Below, one piece after another: positions 39,747 through 49,783 of a stretch of 64,000 nucleotides of DNA. The notes under the pieces were generated by a model. It did no database searches, was not told the origin of the DNA, and worked only from the letters and a program-made list of their open reading frames with translations. The translations under genes and the position numbers were made by a program. The stretch's first letter is position 1. Each line of letters starts with the position of its first letter. This DNA is from Spirulina sp. (lineage in GTDB: Bacteria > Cyanobacteriota > Cyanobacteriia > Phormidesmidales > Phormidesmidaceae), in contig JBIPSI010000004.1 in NCBI GenBank assembly GCA_044070495.1, forward strand, positions 1-64,000, read 5' to 3'.

Positions 39747-40982
39747 ATGGTGAGGCCAGTAGAAACCATTCGTCGAGATATCGAGCGGCTGACAGAGGCA
39801 ACGGACACTCTGGCGGCTGAGTTTCGTCGTCTGTACCAGGGCTACCTCGACAGCCTGGGGATAGCGGTGCGTCGCCAGGTGGTGATGGCCACCTATCACC
39901 TCTGTACCCAGGTCTATCCTGAAGGCTTCCTGACCCTCTCCGTGTCCCAACGGGAACACCTTCAGCGGGATGTGCGCCGCCTGGGGCAATCGGGGCAAAC
40001 CCAGCTAGGCCAACTGCTAGAATCCGCCGTGCGCCGCTCCTACCCAGACCCCGCCACCGATGGCCAATCTGGCTCCTCCCCAGCCTTTCTCAGCTTAACG
40101 GGCACCCCCAACTCAGCCCTGCGGTTTTTGCCGGGAGAGATGGAAGCCGAGGGGATCTCGCCAGCATCAGAGGTTGCCGCCGCCCCCGATACGTCTGAGA
40201 TGTTACCTTCTGAGATATCTCCTGCTGAGGTGGACACCCCTGAGATGGATGCCCCTGAGATGGATGCCCTAGGCCGATCTGAGAACTTTGAGGACTCTGG
40301 GGACTCTGGGGACTCTGATAACTCTGAGGACTCTGGCGAAGAGGGCCGATCCGACCTACCGCTACCCGATCTGCTCAAATCCATGGTGTTGGAAGCCTTG
40401 GCGGAGGAACAGGCAGAAATCTTTGGCCAACCGCTGTTCACGGGTGAAGCCATGACCCCGACCCGTTTGGCCAAGCAGCATATTTTCCTAGAGCAGCAAA
40501 TACGCGACACCCTCCAACACCTGTCTAAGCAGGTGAACCAGCGCCTCCAGGAAGCCCAGGTGATTCCCAACCTACCGGAGGCGGTGCTGGACGCGGCTTC
40601 GGAAACGGAAATGGGGCCGATGCGGGGTCGCGCCGTGCCGAACGTGTTGAGTGTGATTGTAGCCATGGCCAGCGCCATGGACGACGCCCTGGAGGAGGAG
40701 GATCTGGAGTCGGATTCCCTAGGGGATGACCCAGACGAGGATGAATTGGAGGACGAGGATGAGGATTCCAGGGATCGTCTGATGACCCACCTGGCTGCCG
40801 TTCACCTGCGCTTGACGGACTTAGAATTTGGCGATGTGCAAGCCTCAATGTGGCGGAGCAAGCTCCACAACGCCCTGGGGCATCTGCGTAAGATCGGCAA
40901 ACAATACCAAAAGGTGCAGCGGGAAATGGCCATTGCCGAGGCAGAACAAGCCTGGCGCGCCGTTTGGTATGACGAGACCTAA
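39747..40982 (+). CDS. Conserved cyanobacterial coiled-coil hypothetical protein upstream of vipp1
   Basis: YHLCTQVYPE.FL.LS, LRL.DLEF.D and EAEQAWR..W motifs; acidic low-complexity linkers. Confidence 0.8.
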   Translation: MVRPVETIRRDIERLTEATDTLAAEFRRLYQGYLDSLGIAVRRQVVMATYHLCTQVYPEGFLTLSVSQREHLQRDVRRLGQSGQTQLGQLLESAVRRSYPDPATDGQSGSSPAFLSLTGTPNSALRFLPGEMEAEGISPASEVAAAPDTSEMLPSEISPAEVDTPEMDAPEMDALGRSENFEDSGDSGDSDNSEDSGEEGRSDLPLPDLLKSMVLEALAEEQAEIFGQPLFTGEAMTPTRLAKQHIFLEQQIRDTLQHLSKQVNQRLQEAQVIPNLPEAVLDAASETEMGPMRGRAVPNVLSVIVAMASAMDDALEEEDLESDSLGDDPDEDELEDEDEDSRDRLMTHLAAVHLRLTDLEFGDVQASMWRSKLHNALGHLRKIGKQYQKVQREMAIAEAEQAWRAVWYDET

Positions 40983-41056
40983 CCCGGTCGATCCGGATCA
41001 CTTTGGGTAAACTAAGTACAGACATTGCGATACACCGTTTAAGGAAGCAGGACATC

Positions 41057-41827
41057 ATGGGCTTATTTGATCGGGTTAGCCGAGTGGTTCGCTCTAACCT
41101 CAATGCCGCCGTTAGCTCAGCGGAGGATCCTGAGAAAATCCTCGATCAGGCCATCATTGACATGCAGGAAGATCTGGTGCAGATGCGTCAGGCGGTGGCC
41201 ACGGCCATTGCTAGCCAAAAGCGCGTCCAGCAGCAGTACGACAAGGCCAACAGCGAGGCCAACACCTGGCAACAGCGTGCTCAACTGGCCCTGCAAAAGG
41301 GTGATGAGGAACTGGCCCGTCAAGCCCTGGTGCGTAAAAAGACCCAGGCCGAAACCGCCGCCGCCCTCAAGGCCCAATTGGATTCCCAAAGCACCACGGT
41401 GGATCAGCTCAAGCGCAACCTGATTGGCCTGGAGAGCAAACTCGCCGAAGCCAAGACCAAGAAGGACATGCTCAAGGCGCGGGCCAGCGCCGCCAAGGCC
41501 AACGAGCAATTGCAAAGCACCACCAGCAGCCTCAGTACCAGCAGCGCCATGGCCGCCTTTGAGCGCATGGAGGAAAAAGTGCTGCAAATGGAAGCTAAGT
41601 CCCAGGCCGTGGCAGAACTGGCCGGATCTGATCTGGAAAGCCAGTTTGTCGCCCTCGAAGCCGGGGGTGACGTGGATCTAGAGCTCGCCGCCATGAAATC
41701 CCAACTCTCTGGGGGCACCGTAGACCAAGGCCAACTCCCCGCCGGAGAAGCTGCCGCCGCCGCCCCCCAGAACGCCGAAGTGGATGCTGAACTGGAAGAA
41801 CTACGCTCCCAGATTGACAACATCTAA
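41057..41827 (+). CDS. vipp1: PspA/IM30 family protein Vipp1
   Basis: MGLFDRVSRVVRSNLN, AEDPEKIL and AFERMEEKV motifs, plus the Vipp1 C-terminal extension VDAELEELR. Confidence 0.93.
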   Translation: MGLFDRVSRVVRSNLNAAVSSAEDPEKILDQAIIDMQEDLVQMRQAVATAIASQKRVQQQYDKANSEANTWQQRAQLALQKGDEELARQALVRKKTQAETAAALKAQLDSQSTTVDQLKRNLIGLESKLAEAKTKKDMLKARASAAKANEQLQSTTSSLSTSSAMAAFERMEEKVLQMEAKSQAVAELAGSDLESQFVALEAGGDVDLELAAMKSQLSGGTVDQGQLPAGEAAAAAPQNAEVDAELEELRSQIDNI

Positions 41828-41868
41828 ACCCCCATCCGCACCCCCAACTCCCACCCCGTTCAACCACA

Positions 41869-42004
41869 GGTAGGGTGAGGTTTCCTCGCCAATGGGGATG
41901 TCTCGCCCACGGGGTCTCCTCACCCACCAGGTCTCGACACCTAGTGGACTGGCAGAACTGGCTAGAACCGAGATCGGTTAGAGGGTCAGGAGACCTGCCC
42001 CCTA
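41869..42004. repeat. REP-like hairpins downstream of vipp1
   Basis: GTAGGGTGAGG...CCTCACCC and GGGTCAGGAGACCTGCCCCTA resemble the GTAG family at 4080 and 1552. Confidence 0.5.
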
Positions 42005-42166
42005 AGGGATCCCAAGGCTAGAGGGGGCAGGTTGTCGCGCCCGGTGCAGAATCTTTTTGCCGATCCCGAAAACAGCCCAGCGAGTTGATCGCCGTTTTGA
42101 ACAATGCTCCTAGGCAAGGGCCCGTCAAGGTTTTAATATCTATTCGTTCCCCATCCTCCCCCCGCC

Positions 42167-43477
42167 GTGGCCCACGTCGCAATTGAAAACGTCTACAAGA
42201 CATTCCCAAAATCGAAGCAGTCCCCCGATACCGAGGCAGCCGCCACCGAGGCCCCCCCAGAGGGGACGGTGCTGAAGCGCATCAACCTCACGGTGGAGGA
42301 CGGGGAATTTATGGTGCTGGTGGGGCCATCGGGCTGTGGCAAAAGTACCCTGCTACGGCTGATTTCGGGCCTAGAACGCCTAACCGCCGGAAACATTTGG
42401 GTGGGAGAACGCAAGGTCAACGACCTGCCCCCCAAGCAACGGGATACGGCCATGGTCTTCCAGAGCTATGCCCTCTATCCCCACCTATCGGTGTACGACA
42501 ACCTTGCCTTTGGCCTGCGTCGTATGGGAGCCGACCTTGAAAAATCCCTGCCCGATTGGGAGCCAACCGCTAAGGCGATCCCCCTCAGCGACTCCCCCGC
42601 CAACCAAGAGCTAGAGCGCCTGCTGACCGAAAGCCGCTGGTGGGAAAAGCCCCTGGTCTCAGTGACGCGCCGCCTCCCCCCTAACCTGCGCTATGTCTCC
42701 GACGCAGAACGCCTAATTGATGAACGGGTGCGGGCAGTGGCCAAGATGCTGCAAATCGCCCCCCTGCTAAACCGCTACCCACGCCAGCTTTCCGGGGGCC
42801 AAAAGCAGCGGGTGGCCCTAGGTCGGGCCATGGCCCGCAACCCCCAGGTATTTTTGATGGACGAACCCCTCTCCAACCTAGACGCCAAACTGCGGATGGA
42901 AACCCGCGCCCAAATTGTGAACCTGCAACGGCAACTGGGCATCACCACCATTTACGTCACCCACGACCAAGTCGAGGCCATGACCATGGGCCATCGCATT
43001 GCCGTCATGTATCAGGGCCAAATTCAGCAGGTCGCCCCGCCCCTAGACCTCTACAACCGCCCCGCCAACCGCTTTGTGGCCGAATTCATTGGCTCGCCGC
43101 CGATGAACTTTATCCCCGTCCAGGTGCAGTCCCCCTACCTATTGATTCACCCCGAATTTCGCCTATCGCTACTGGGCGACTGGGAAGAACGACTGCACAG
43201 CTACGAAGGCCAATCCCTGCTCCTAGGCATTCGCCCCGAACATCTGAGCTTAGCCCTACCCGCCCCCAAAAATATTCGCGGCCAGGTCAGACACCTCGAA
43301 GCCCTCGGCAGCGAAACCTACCTCACTGTGCAGACCGAACGCCTCACCCTGCAAGCCAAAGTTCCCCCCGATCAACCCGTGCACATTGGCGACGAAGTGT
43401 GGCTCGGCATTGCCCCCGAAAAAGTGCATTTATTCGATCCCACCACCGAGCAGTCTCTGCTGAGCCAAGTTAACTAA
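42167..43477 (+). CDS. Carbohydrate ABC transporter ATP-binding protein (MalK/MsmK family)
   Basis: GPSGCGKST, VFQSYALYPH, LSGGQKQR, DEPLSNLD motifs and a TOBE-like tail. Confidence 0.93.
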   Translation: MAHVAIENVYKTFPKSKQSPDTEAAATEAPPEGTVLKRINLTVEDGEFMVLVGPSGCGKSTLLRLISGLERLTAGNIWVGERKVNDLPPKQRDTAMVFQSYALYPHLSVYDNLAFGLRRMGADLEKSLPDWEPTAKAIPLSDSPANQELERLLTESRWWEKPLVSVTRRLPPNLRYVSDAERLIDERVRAVAKMLQIAPLLNRYPRQLSGGQKQRVALGRAMARNPQVFLMDEPLSNLDAKLRMETRAQIVNLQRQLGITTIYVTHDQVEAMTMGHRIAVMYQGQIQQVAPPLDLYNRPANRFVAEFIGSPPMNFIPVQVQSPYLLIHPEFRLSLLGDWEERLHSYEGQSLLLGIRPEHLSLALPAPKNIRGQVRHLEALGSETYLTVQTERLTLQAKVPPDQPVHIGDEVWLGIAPEKVHLFDPTTEQSLLSQVN

Positions 43478-46400
43478 TCGTTCCAGTGATAGAGTACTGG
43501 CCTAGGCTGCCATACTGGGTATAACCGTAATCACTACCCGAAGCGGCCTTGCCAGTGCCTTCCACACTAATGTAGTAATCACCAGCGGCTAGGGCAACAT
43601 TCAAAGCAGCAGAGATATTGTCAATGGGGTTTACCGTTTGAATTAATTGCCCCAACGAATTGTATAACTTCACCAAGACATCAAGGTTAGCTCCCCTAGA
43701 GAAGGGGGTAACGTTGAGAGCAATTTTCCCAGTTGAAGAATAGAATTTGAACCAATCGACATCGGTATTTTGTTCAATAATCCCGTAGGTTTGAACGTTT
43801 GAACCGCTAAAGAAAAGCCTGCTTGCCGTAGTTCTTAAGTCGCTGTAATCATCTTTACGATACCCAAATCCATTCTGAGTTATGATGATATAGAGATCAT
43901 CCTCTTGCCTAGTAGCTCCATAGTATTCTCCCTTACTCCACTGGGTTAGCTCTTGATAGTAACCCACCCCCATAATTGAAGCCCAGCCCGTTACACCTGT
44001 GCCGTGCCCCGCATAGTACTCATTAGTTGGATCTCCATCATGACTTAGCCCTAAGGTATGGCCAACTTCGTGACTAACCGCCTCAGCAATAGACTTATCA
44101 CCACCATACAGATTCTTTGAGAAGATAAACGTGGGTGTATCAGTATTCCAGTTAAAAGAGTTACGATAAGCAACTCCCCCCGCTGATTCAGAATACCAGT
44201 CTGACCACGATCCCCCAATTGCAACCCGAATTCCCCATCGGGTATCGCTACTATCGCTTTTAATTAAGTCAGATAAGCTTGGAGCTACGGTTGTTACATT
44301 CACGTTGAAGGGAATAAAATCCTCAGCCACTCTTTGCCAGATTTTCCAAATTGTTTCCCTTTCAGTTACAGAAAAAGATGTGCTGTTTCCGTCTGTATCA
44401 AAGGCTGGAGTAATTATACTACTTCGATCCGCCAAATTCCACGAAGTTCCGGTTGTTACATGGCCATCAAAGTCTAAGTAGATTGTGTGACTAGCATCAG
44501 ACTTGCTATTTAGGGAAAATACAGTACTTGAATTAAAGTCTTGATAGGTTAGGGGCTTAACAGACTTGGCGTTGATGAAAATTGCTTGATAGGTGGAGTT
44601 ATTGATTTCATTGCTTTCAGCTACATAGCCATAGCCATCGGCCTCAAAGAGGATATATTTTACTCCCGTTCCCCAACTTACATCGTAGATGAAGGCAAGA
44701 GAATCGTATTCTAAACTACCTGTCGCTAAACTACCAACGGAGTTATTCCCTAGGTAGCGATCATTGCTCGTATTGAGGGTGATATCGTCAGATAGCCAGT
44801 AGCGTACATAGCTATAGCCAGCGGTGTTTGTCCCCTGATTTTTGGTGTAAGCACTCACGGTAATTGAATCACCAGCGTTGGCAGAGGTGGGTGCGTACTG
44901 ACCGGTGATAATTAGGTCTGACTTGCCATTAATTGTAATCGCTCGATAGGCTACATTGTTACTTTCGCTACTTTCAGCTACGTAATCATAGCCATCAGAT
45001 TGGAAGAGAATGTATTTATTTCCGGTGCCCCAGCTTGCATCATAGGTGAATGTTAGATCGTCATACTCTGAGTTTCCGGCAGACAGCGCGTTTACATAGT
45101 CAGAACCGAGGAAATAGTCATCGCTGCTGGCAATAGTGTCGTTGGAAAGCAGATAGCGCATGTAGCTGTAGCTAGCGGTGCCTGTCCCTTGATTTTTGGT
45201 GTAGGCACTCACGGTAATTGAATCACCGACGTTGACAGAGGTGGGTGCATATTGACTGGTGATGACTAAGTCTGGCTTGCCATTAATCGTGATCGCTCGA
45301 TAGGCAACGTTGTTACTTTCATTATTTTCAGCCACATAGCCATAGCCATCGGCCTCAAAGAGAATATATTTCGTCCCTGTTCCCCAGCTTGTGTCGTAGG
45401 TAAAGATTAGGGTGTCATACTCCGAAATACCTATGGCTAAACTACCAACGTAGTTATTCCCTAGGTAGCGATCACTACTACTATTGAGCGTGATATCGTC
45501 AGACAACCAATAGCGTAGATAGCTATAACCAGCGGTGGCAGATCCTTGATTTTTGGTGTAAGAGCTTACGGCAATTGAGTCACCGATGGTGGCTGATGTC
45601 GGCGTATACTGACTGGTAATAACTAGGTCTGGCTTACCATTAATCGTAATCGCTCGATAGGCTACATTGTTACTTTCGCTACTTTCAGCTACGTAATCAT
45701 AGCCATCAGCTTGGAAGAGAATGTATTTATTTCCAGTGCCCCAGCTTGCATCATAGGTAAATGTTAGATCGTCATACTCTGAACTTCCGACAGATAGAGC
45801 GTTTACATAGTCAGAACCAAGGAAATAGTCGTCGCTGCTGGCGATGGTATCGTTGGATAGCAGATAGCGCATGTAGCTGTAGCTAGCGGTGCCTGTCCCT
45901 TGATTTTTGGTGTAGGCACTCACGGTAATTGAATCACCGACGTTGGCAGAAGTGGGTGCATATTGACTGGTGATGACTAAGTCTGGCTTGCCATTAATCG
46001 TAATGGCTTGATAGGTGACGTTATTACTTTCATTGGCCTCAGTGACATAGCCATAGCCATCGGCTTCAAACAGAATGTATTTAGACCCCGTACCCCAGCT
46101 TGCGTCATAGGTGAAGGTAAGGGAATCATATTCTGAACTACCTGTTGTCAAACTGCCAACATAATTGTTTCCTAGGTAGCGATCACTACTGGTATTGAGG
46201 GTGGCATCATCAGACAACCAGTAGCGCATATAGCTGTAGCCAGCAGCGGCATCGCCTTGGTTTTTAGTGTAGGCGTTTATGGTAATTGAGTCGCCTGCAT
46301 TGGCGGAAGTAGGTACATACTGATTGGTAACGACTAAATCTGGATTGGTTGGCGGTTGCCAGCTTACTAGGTTAGGCGTCCAGCGACTATCAACGGTAGC

Positions 46401-47744
46401 GAGGCTAGCACTACCTGAGATTTGGGCGTTATTTGTACCACCCATAAACCAAAGCACATTTTGTCCGGCGATTCCATGTCGCCACAGAATATCAGGACGA
46501 TTATCGCTATTAAAATCTGCAATTCCCTTAATGTCCCAGCCGTTAGCTACAGTTGCGAGGCTAGCGCTACCTGAGATTTGGGTATTGTTGGTGCCTCCCA
46601 TAAACCAAAGCACATTTTGTCCGGCGATTCCATGTCGCCAAAGAATATCAGGACGACCGTCACTATTAAAGTCTGAAATCCCTTTGATATCCCATCCATT
46701 ATCTACGGTGGTCAGGCTGGCACTACCTGAGATTTGGGTGTTGTTTGTGCCCCCCATAAACCAAATCACATTTTGTCCGGCTGTTCCATGCCGCCAAAGA
46801 ATATCCGGGCGACCATCTCCATTAAAGTCTGAAATTCCTTTAATATCCCAGCCGTTATCTACAGAGATAAGATTAGTATTGCTTAAATTCTGGGTGTTGT
46901 TTGTGCCTCCCATAAACCAAAGTATATTTTGGCCTGTGGTTTTGTGCCTCCAGAGAATATCAGGGCGATCATCTCCGTTAAAATCTGAGATTCCTTTAAT
47001 ATCCCAATTTTTGTCAAAGGTGGATACGCCAGTACTGCTTAATAGTTGGGTATTATGAGTACCTCCCATAAACCAGACATCATTGAGTCCAGTAGCGGCA
47101 TTTCTCCAGAGTATGTCAGGGCGGCTATCTCCATTAAAATCTAGTGTTGTAGTACTTTGTTCGACAGCTATGAGCTGATTATCTAGCCATAGAAAAGCAC
47201 GGTCATCTTCATCGTGTAATCGTAGCTTATCTTGATCAGACAATGAAGTGCCAGAGATGGCAAGGCTGAACCACTCACCTTCATCGCCAAGGGTATCCTG
47301 GACACCATTAAAATAAACGTCTAAAGCATGGCCATACTCTTCAATTAAAACCTGTTTTAGTCCAGTTAAATTATCTCGACTAGCTAACGATTTGGCAATA
47401 TAGACATGATTACTATCAGCAGCGTAGGCTCCTTTAGCTCCATTTAGAATCTGGTCGTCTAGGATCTGTATGGAAGGTTTATTAACTAAAACTCCGCTAC
47501 TCCAGTAGTCTAGTAGAATAGAAACTTCTGTAGATTCTTGGATGCCATAGATCTCCTCTAGCTGAATTGGCGCAAGGGAATCTTGAGCATAGCGTTGAAG
47601 GCTCTGAGTAATACCTTGAAAAGCCTCTTCAATGACCCCAAGACTTAGCGAACTATACAATTTATCGGCAGCTAATGCTGATAAATTGATCAGATTGCTA
47701 GACAGATCAAGCATGCCTATATCGCTCGACATAGTAGTGCGCAT
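43470..47744 (-). CDS. Large repeat surface protein / zinc metalloprotease: EEYGH domain, 5 FG-GAP/VCBS-like repeats, 5 CARDB repeats, metzincin domain, PPC domain
   Basis: DFNxDxRPDILWR x5; PDLV/DLI CARDB x5; HEVGHTLGLSH plus SIMG Met-turn; DVDWF...LAAGDYYISV; AT-rich DNA. Confidence 0.85.
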   Translation of the reverse strand: MRTTMSSDIGMLDLSSNLINLSALAADKLYSSLSLGVIEEAFQGITQSLQRYAQDSLAPIQLEEIYGIQESTEVSILLDYWSSGVLVNKPSIQILDDQILNGAKGAYAADSNHVYIAKSLASRDNLTGLKQVLIEEYGHALDVYFNGVQDTLGDEGEWFSLAISGTSLSDQDKLRLHDEDDRAFLWLDNQLIAVEQSTTTLDFNGDSRPDILWRNAATGLNDVWFMGGTHNTQLLSSTGVSTFDKNWDIKGISDFNGDDRPDILWRHKTTGQNILWFMGGTNNTQNLSNTNLISVDNGWDIKGISDFNGDGRPDILWRHGTAGQNVIWFMGGTNNTQISGSASLTTVDNGWDIKGISDFNSDGRPDILWRHGIAGQNVLWFMGGTNNTQISGSASLATVANGWDIKGIADFNSDNRPDILWRHGIAGQNVLWFMGGTNNAQISGSASLATVDSRWTPNLVSWQPPTNPDLVVTNQYVPTSANAGDSITINAYTKNQGDAAAGYSYMRYWLSDDATLNTSSDRYLGNNYVGSLTTGSSEYDSLTFTYDASWGTGSKYILFEADGYGYVTEANESNNVTYQAITINGKPDLVITSQYAPTSANVGDSITVSAYTKNQGTGTASYSYMRYLLSNDTIASSDDYFLGSDYVNALSVGSSEYDDLTFTYDASWGTGNKYILFQADGYDYVAESSESNNVAYRAITINGKPDLVITSQYTPTSATIGDSIAVSSYTKNQGSATAGYSYLRYWLSDDITLNSSSDRYLGNNYVGSLAIGISEYDTLIFTYDTSWGTGTKYILFEADGYGYVAENNESNNVAYRAITINGKPDLVITSQYAPTSVNVGDSITVSAYTKNQGTGTASYSYMRYLLSNDTIASSDDYFLGSDYVNALSAGNSEYDDLTFTYDASWGTGNKYILFQSDGYDYVAESSESNNVAYRAITINGKSDLIITGQYAPTSANAGDSITVSAYTKNQGTNTAGYSYVRYWLSDDITLNTSNDRYLGNNSVGSLATGSLEYDSLAFIYDVSWGTGVKYILFEADGYGYVAESNEINNSTYQAIFINAKSVKPLTYQDFNSSTVFSLNSKSDASHTIYLDFDGHVTTGTSWNLADRSSIITPAFDTDGNSTSFSVTERETIWKIWQRVAEDFIPFNVNVTTVAPSLSDLIKSDSSDTRWGIRVAIGGSWSDWYSESAGGVAYRNSFNWNTDTPTFIFSKNLYGGDKSIAEAVSHEVGHTLGLSHDGDPTNEYYAGHGTGVTGWASIMGVGYYQELTQWSKGEYYGATRQEDDLYIIITQNGFGYRKDDYSDLRTTASRLFFSGSNVQTYGIIEQNTDVDWFKFYSSTGKIALNVTPFSRGANLDVLVKLYNSLGQLIQTVNPIDNISAALNVALAAGDYYISVEGTGKAASGSDYGYTQYGSLGQYSITGTIS

Positions 47745-48109
47745 CCTAATTGTGAAGGGATATCGATGACTGGCTTGACCAACCTGAGATGATAGACCAT
47801 TGAAGGTAGCAAGAAATCCTAGACTAATCTCAGCCTAGAGTCTGTCGAGGAGCTGTTTGTTTGAGGAAAGATTCCTTGCCCGGAGGTGTATAAAACGACC
47901 GTAAGAATAGAATTTGGAAGCCCAATATATTAGTTAAACTCCATGGGGCCAATAAGGGGAATCAGTAAAGTGACTGATTCTAGGGCTGTTTCCCACTTGA
48001 GCCTTATGCAACCTCAGTGATCTTGCTTGTTTTCTATGTCAATCTACATGGGCTATGGCTGGCGATGGGTCAGGCAATCAGGGGCATTGGTTATTTGTAG
48101 CAGCACTAA

Positions 48110-48157
48110 GAAACCCCCGACCGCCTAGGCTTTGGCCTAGAAGCCGGGGGTATGGTT
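48110..48157 (-). terminator. Hairpin downstream of sqr; possible terminator
   Basis: ACCCCCG..CCTAGGC/GGCCTAG..CGGGGGT stem with a T-rich tail on the minus strand. Confidence 0.45.
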
Positions 48158-48207
48158 TACGCTGGATGGAGTCTTCTGTGATCCTGCGGCTTATCGCAGG
48201 GAATGAA

Positions 48208-49533
48208 TTATTTAGAACGATAGCCGATGACGCCTTGCAGGGGCTTGAGTAGCTCGCCTTCAAAGGGTTTGCCCTTTAGCATTCGCTCCCAGTAGAGGTA
48301 GGGCAGCAGGTGCTTTTTCACCAGCCACATGCTCCAGCGTTCCTTGGCAGGGTTGATCAAAAAGCTGGCCACGGGGCGGTTGTCGTAGTCAAATTCGGCC
48401 ATAACGGTGTTGTTGTAGCCCGTAATTAGGGGGCAGCAGGTGTAGCCGTTGTAGGTTCCGGTGAGGGATTTTTGCTGCATGGTGGCGAGCAGGTTGGCCA
48501 CTAGGACGGGGGCCTCTCCGCGCACGGCGGCGGCGGTTTTGGAGGTGGGCAACGAGGAGGCATCGCCCAGGGAAAAGACGTTGGGGTAGCGATGGTGGCG
48601 CAGGGTGTGTTTATCTACATCCACCCAGCCGCCGGGGTTGTTGGGCACCGCCAGAGGGCTATTTTTGATGAAGTCTGGGGCGCTCATGGGCGGCACGACG
48701 TGGATCATGTCGTAGGGGATGATGGCCTGGTGGGTTTCGCCGTTTTCGGTGACATCGAAGACGGCTTCCTTGGTTTCGGCGCGAATTTCCACCAGGTTGT
48801 GATGGAATCGGGGTTCGATGCCGCGTCGGGCCACCACCTGATCCAGCACGTCGGAGTAGGTTTTTACCCCGAACATGGTGCCCCCAGCGGTGCAGAACAT
48901 CACCCGACTATTGACGCCGACGCCGCTACGTTGCTTAAAGGAATCGTCGGCCATGTACATGATTTTTTGGGGCGCACCGCCACATTTAATCGGCGTGTTG
49001 GGGTAGGTGAAAATGGCGGTGCCGCCGGTGAAATCTTGCTTAATCAACTGGCGGGTGTAGAGGGTGAGATCGCGGCGATAGTTGCTGGTAACGCCCCCTT
49101 TTCCGAGGGCTTCGGGCAGTCCTTTAATTTTGTGCCAGTCGATTTGAATGCCGGGGCAAACCACCAAATAATCGTACTGAATTTGCAGTCCGTCCTGGGT
49201 CAGCACCGTATTGTTATCGGGGTCGAGGGTCACCACCGCATCCTGAATCCAAGTGCTGCCCTTGGGGATGAGAGCTTTTTCTTCGCGGACGGTGTCCTCC
49301 ATGCGAAACTGCCCCCCCGCCACCAGCGTCCAGCCCGGTTGATAGTGGTGCTGTTCCGAGGGTTCAAGGATGGCAATGTCAAAACTGGGGTTGTAATCCA
49401 GCAGTTGAGCGGTCACGGTAATACCTGCCGCACCGCCGCCGATGACCACGATTTGGTGGCGCAGGGTTTGGCGGGGGCCATCCTGGTCTAGGTTGGCGGT
49501 GAGGGTCGTGGGAGCGTCGGAGGAAAGCGTCAT
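48208..49533 (-). CDS. sqr: Sulfide:quinone oxidoreductase (type II-like)
   Basis: GGGAAG, YQPGWTLV, IKCGGAPQKIMY, TSKTAAA, YTCCPL and AEFDY motifs. Confidence 0.85.
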   Translation of the reverse strand: MTLSSDAPTTLTANLDQDGPRQTLRHQIVVIGGGAAGITVTAQLLDYNPSFDIAILEPSEQHHYQPGWTLVAGGQFRMEDTVREEKALIPKGSTWIQDAVVTLDPDNNTVLTQDGLQIQYDYLVVCPGIQIDWHKIKGLPEALGKGGVTSNYRRDLTLYTRQLIKQDFTGGTAIFTYPNTPIKCGGAPQKIMYMADDSFKQRSGVGVNSRVMFCTAGGTMFGVKTYSDVLDQVVARRGIEPRFHHNLVEIRAETKEAVFDVTENGETHQAIIPYDMIHVVPPMSAPDFIKNSPLAVPNNPGGWVDVDKHTLRHHRYPNVFSLGDASSLPTSKTAAAVRGEAPVLVANLLATMQQKSLTGTYNGYTCCPLITGYNNTVMAEFDYDNRPVASFLINPAKERWSMWLVKKHLLPYLYWERMLKGKPFEGELLKPLQGVIGYRSK

Positions 49534-49783
49534 GGAATTGGCGGGTGAAGGGGAATTGGAATATTAAAACTGCTAATAACGAGCATCAGGGCTCATTATA
49601 GAAAGTCGCCAGGGGCCAACAGAAGAGGCCGCAGCGAAAGAAAACCTTAAGCTTGGGGCCATGCCTCTAGGTCAGCCGCTGTCACACATGTCGAGGATAG
49701 GGAGGATAGGGACTTTCCCCTGTTCCCGACGCCCCTAAGCTTTACAATCAGAGGGATTTTCCCTGGGATTCGTCCGCCCCGCC

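Noticed and set aside
46324..47058. 244-aa repetitive plus-strand ORF
   Set aside because: Antisense shadow of the FG-GAP repeats of the large protease
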